The position numbers were made by a program, and so were the translations under genes. The notes beneath the pieces were generated by a model. It was not told where the DNA came from, did no database searches, and saw only the letters and a list, made by a program, of their open reading frames with translations. 64,000 bases of DNA from Antechinus flavipes (Eukaryota), in contig NC_067400.1 in assembly GCF_016432865.1 (NCBI RefSeq), forward strand, positions 264,802,001-264,866,000, given 5' to 3'. Numbering within the stretch: position 1 is the first letter of the stretch; each line of letters starts with the position of its first letter. Below are positions 62,191 to 64,000 of the stretch, piece by piece.

Positions 62191-63078
62191 ATTAAGTTTA
62201 GAAGAAAGTCTACCATCTATTTCAGTGATCCTTCAACTAGAAGAGAAATGCACATTTAATAGAATGAAAACCTTTGCTATGCAACATTTAGGGATATTAG
62301 GGGGTTTCTAGCAATAACTTTCCATTTCAAATGTCCAGAGGCACCTGACAAGAAAGCTAATCTAAATTTTTCAGAATATGTTTGATCTTTATCATAATTT
62401 ACATGGTTCTCTCAAGATGTCACAAAAATTGCAGGAAATTAGGAAATGACTCTCTGGACAAATCGTTTAACCATTTCTTCATCTGTGCAATGGGGATAAT
62501 AACACACAGAATACTTACTTCACAACGTTATTAGGAGCCTTTCGGTAAGGAACCATTGCTGGGTCCAAGAGGCTGAGGACTTAGCCCTTTTACACTAAAG
62601 GAGCCCTTCCATCTGGATCCCTGTATATATTAAGGCAGGGTTTAGTCCTGGGGGAATCTGGTCTCTATTGGGAGTGGGTGTAATTCCCCCTTTTCACTTT
62701 TTTTCAGCTAAACCCTTGTCTTAGTGCCCTAGGGATAATTTATTTAAAGTTTAAATTTGGGTTTGTTTCCATGTCTCTCCAAAGTACTAGATGAAAATGA
62801 AAATCAGATATAGATATCTATTTCTTATACATAAGAAAACAGAAAGAATACTACATACATATTAATAGAATAACAAAATAAGATTCAGTAACTTAACCTA
62901 TCAATACTAAAAAAATGTCTGAGGAGACTGAAATTTAAACCTTATCATTTAATCAGTAAACATTTATTAAGCTCCTACTCCTACTACTCCTAAGCAAAGT
63001 GCTATGAATACAAAGATAAAAATCCCAGCTGTTGAGAAACACAGAATCTAATGGAGGTAACAACTTGTAAATAATTAT

Positions 63079-63474
63079 ATACCAAAGAGACTATTTTATG
63101 GAAAACTCACACAGGGCAAATGCTCACGAGGATGGTCAGGAAAAAAATGTTACAAAGACAGTCTCAAGGTCTCTCTTAATAATTTTAGAATTAGTTGTAC
63201 GATGTGGGAGACTGACACAGAACTGCCCAGCATGGTGTGCCTGCATTAGGGAAGGTGCTGGGCTCCACGAGTAGGGCAGAATTAAATTAGGTCAGAAGAA
63301 ATGTGAAATATGCAAAATTAGAGAATCCATCCCAAATGTTAATAGAGATTATTTGTTTCTGACCTGTGGCAGAGAATTCTGAGCTTATATTGATCTGATC
63401 AACCACATATTATAACTCTACTCTAACACAGTGATGTCATTTTGGTCTCCTTGAGAACAAAAGACAACAACCAA
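63079..63474 (+). mobile_element. RTE-1-type LINE 3' fragment
   Basis: IPKRLFYGKLTQGKCSRG...KKCYKDSLKVSLNNF; 3' end gagaacaaaagacaacaacc. Confidence 0.88.
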
Positions 63475-63519
63475 CTAATTATATATCAACAACCTATATG
63501 CAGAAAATAGATTGGATAT

Positions 63520-63610
63520 ATTAAGTGGTTCAATGGATAGAGCACCAGCCCTGTAAGACCCGAGTTCAAAAGTGATCTCAAACACTTGCTAGCTATGTGA
63601 CCTTGGATCT
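63520..63610 (+). mobile_element. CORE-SINE head fragment
   Basis: gtggttcaatggatagagcaccagccctg...gagttcaaaag...ctagctatgtgacc. Confidence 0.7.
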
Positions 63611-64000
63611 AACACAAACATACAGAATAAGTAAAAAGTCATCAACAAATGCAAGGTATTAGCATTAAAGGCGATTGAGAAAGGCTTCCTGGAGAAGGTG
63701 AGATTTTTATCTGGGATTTGAAGAAAGCAAGGGAAGCCAAAAGGCAGAGATGAGGAAGAAGAGCACTGTATACATGGAGGAAGTTTGGGATACCATGATC
63801 CGGCATGGCCACATTTCAATCCAAATCATTCCCAGCTATCCTTCTGCCAGGTGGTCATATTCTTTGATGGATAAATTCTTCTGGTTATTAACCAGTCACG
63901 TCCTCTAAAAGGACCCAGTGGTTCTATGAACTTCTGGGTCTCACAGGGTCACTTCTAAGCTTAGACATATCTATCTCAATATTAAGGCAAAGTAATTGAA

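Noticed and set aside
43936-63474. Two RTE-1 fragments in inverted orientation as a paired dsRNA or recombination substrate
   Set aside because: About 19 kb apart and clearly diverged from each other; ordinary independent insertions.
1-64000. CRISPR array, rRNA, CpG-island promoter or multi-exon host gene
   Set aside because: No regularly spaced repeat-spacer array, rRNA motif or CpG-rich stretch, and no chain of in-frame exons with a recognisable product was seen; small exons could still be missed by eye.

Overview
64-kb, AT-rich, repeat-dense window with no CpG island and no recognisable host protein-coding exon, tRNA/rRNA gene or CRISPR array. It looks intergenic or deep-intronic. The repeat set (WSINE1-type and Mar1-type CORE-SINEs, marsupial L1 3' ends, RTE and BovB-like LINEs, CR1/L3, L2, MIR) points to a marsupial, probably a dasyurid such as the Tasmanian devil (inference, not checked by search). 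The largest feature is a 5.8-kb minus-strand class I (gamma-like, ERV1) provirus at 36739-42561. It has two LTRs about 88% alike by eye, a matching 4-bp TSD (CAAG), and heavily deleted gag/pol/env remnants. It also contains a MIR relic that looks much older than the LTR pair, which suggests a recycled or recombinant non-autonomous retrovirus. Just upstream, a young L1 3' end carries an exact 172-bp copy of nearby flanking DNA with micro-duplicated junctions. This is either a templated insertion or an assembly artefact next to a 144-N gap. The only convincing protein-coding segment is a 201-aa L1 ORF2 C-terminus (55037-55642); the other ORF-track calls are repeat-derived or low-complexity noise. 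Repeat family names are by-eye assignments and most repeat boundaries are approximate unless a TSD is quoted.
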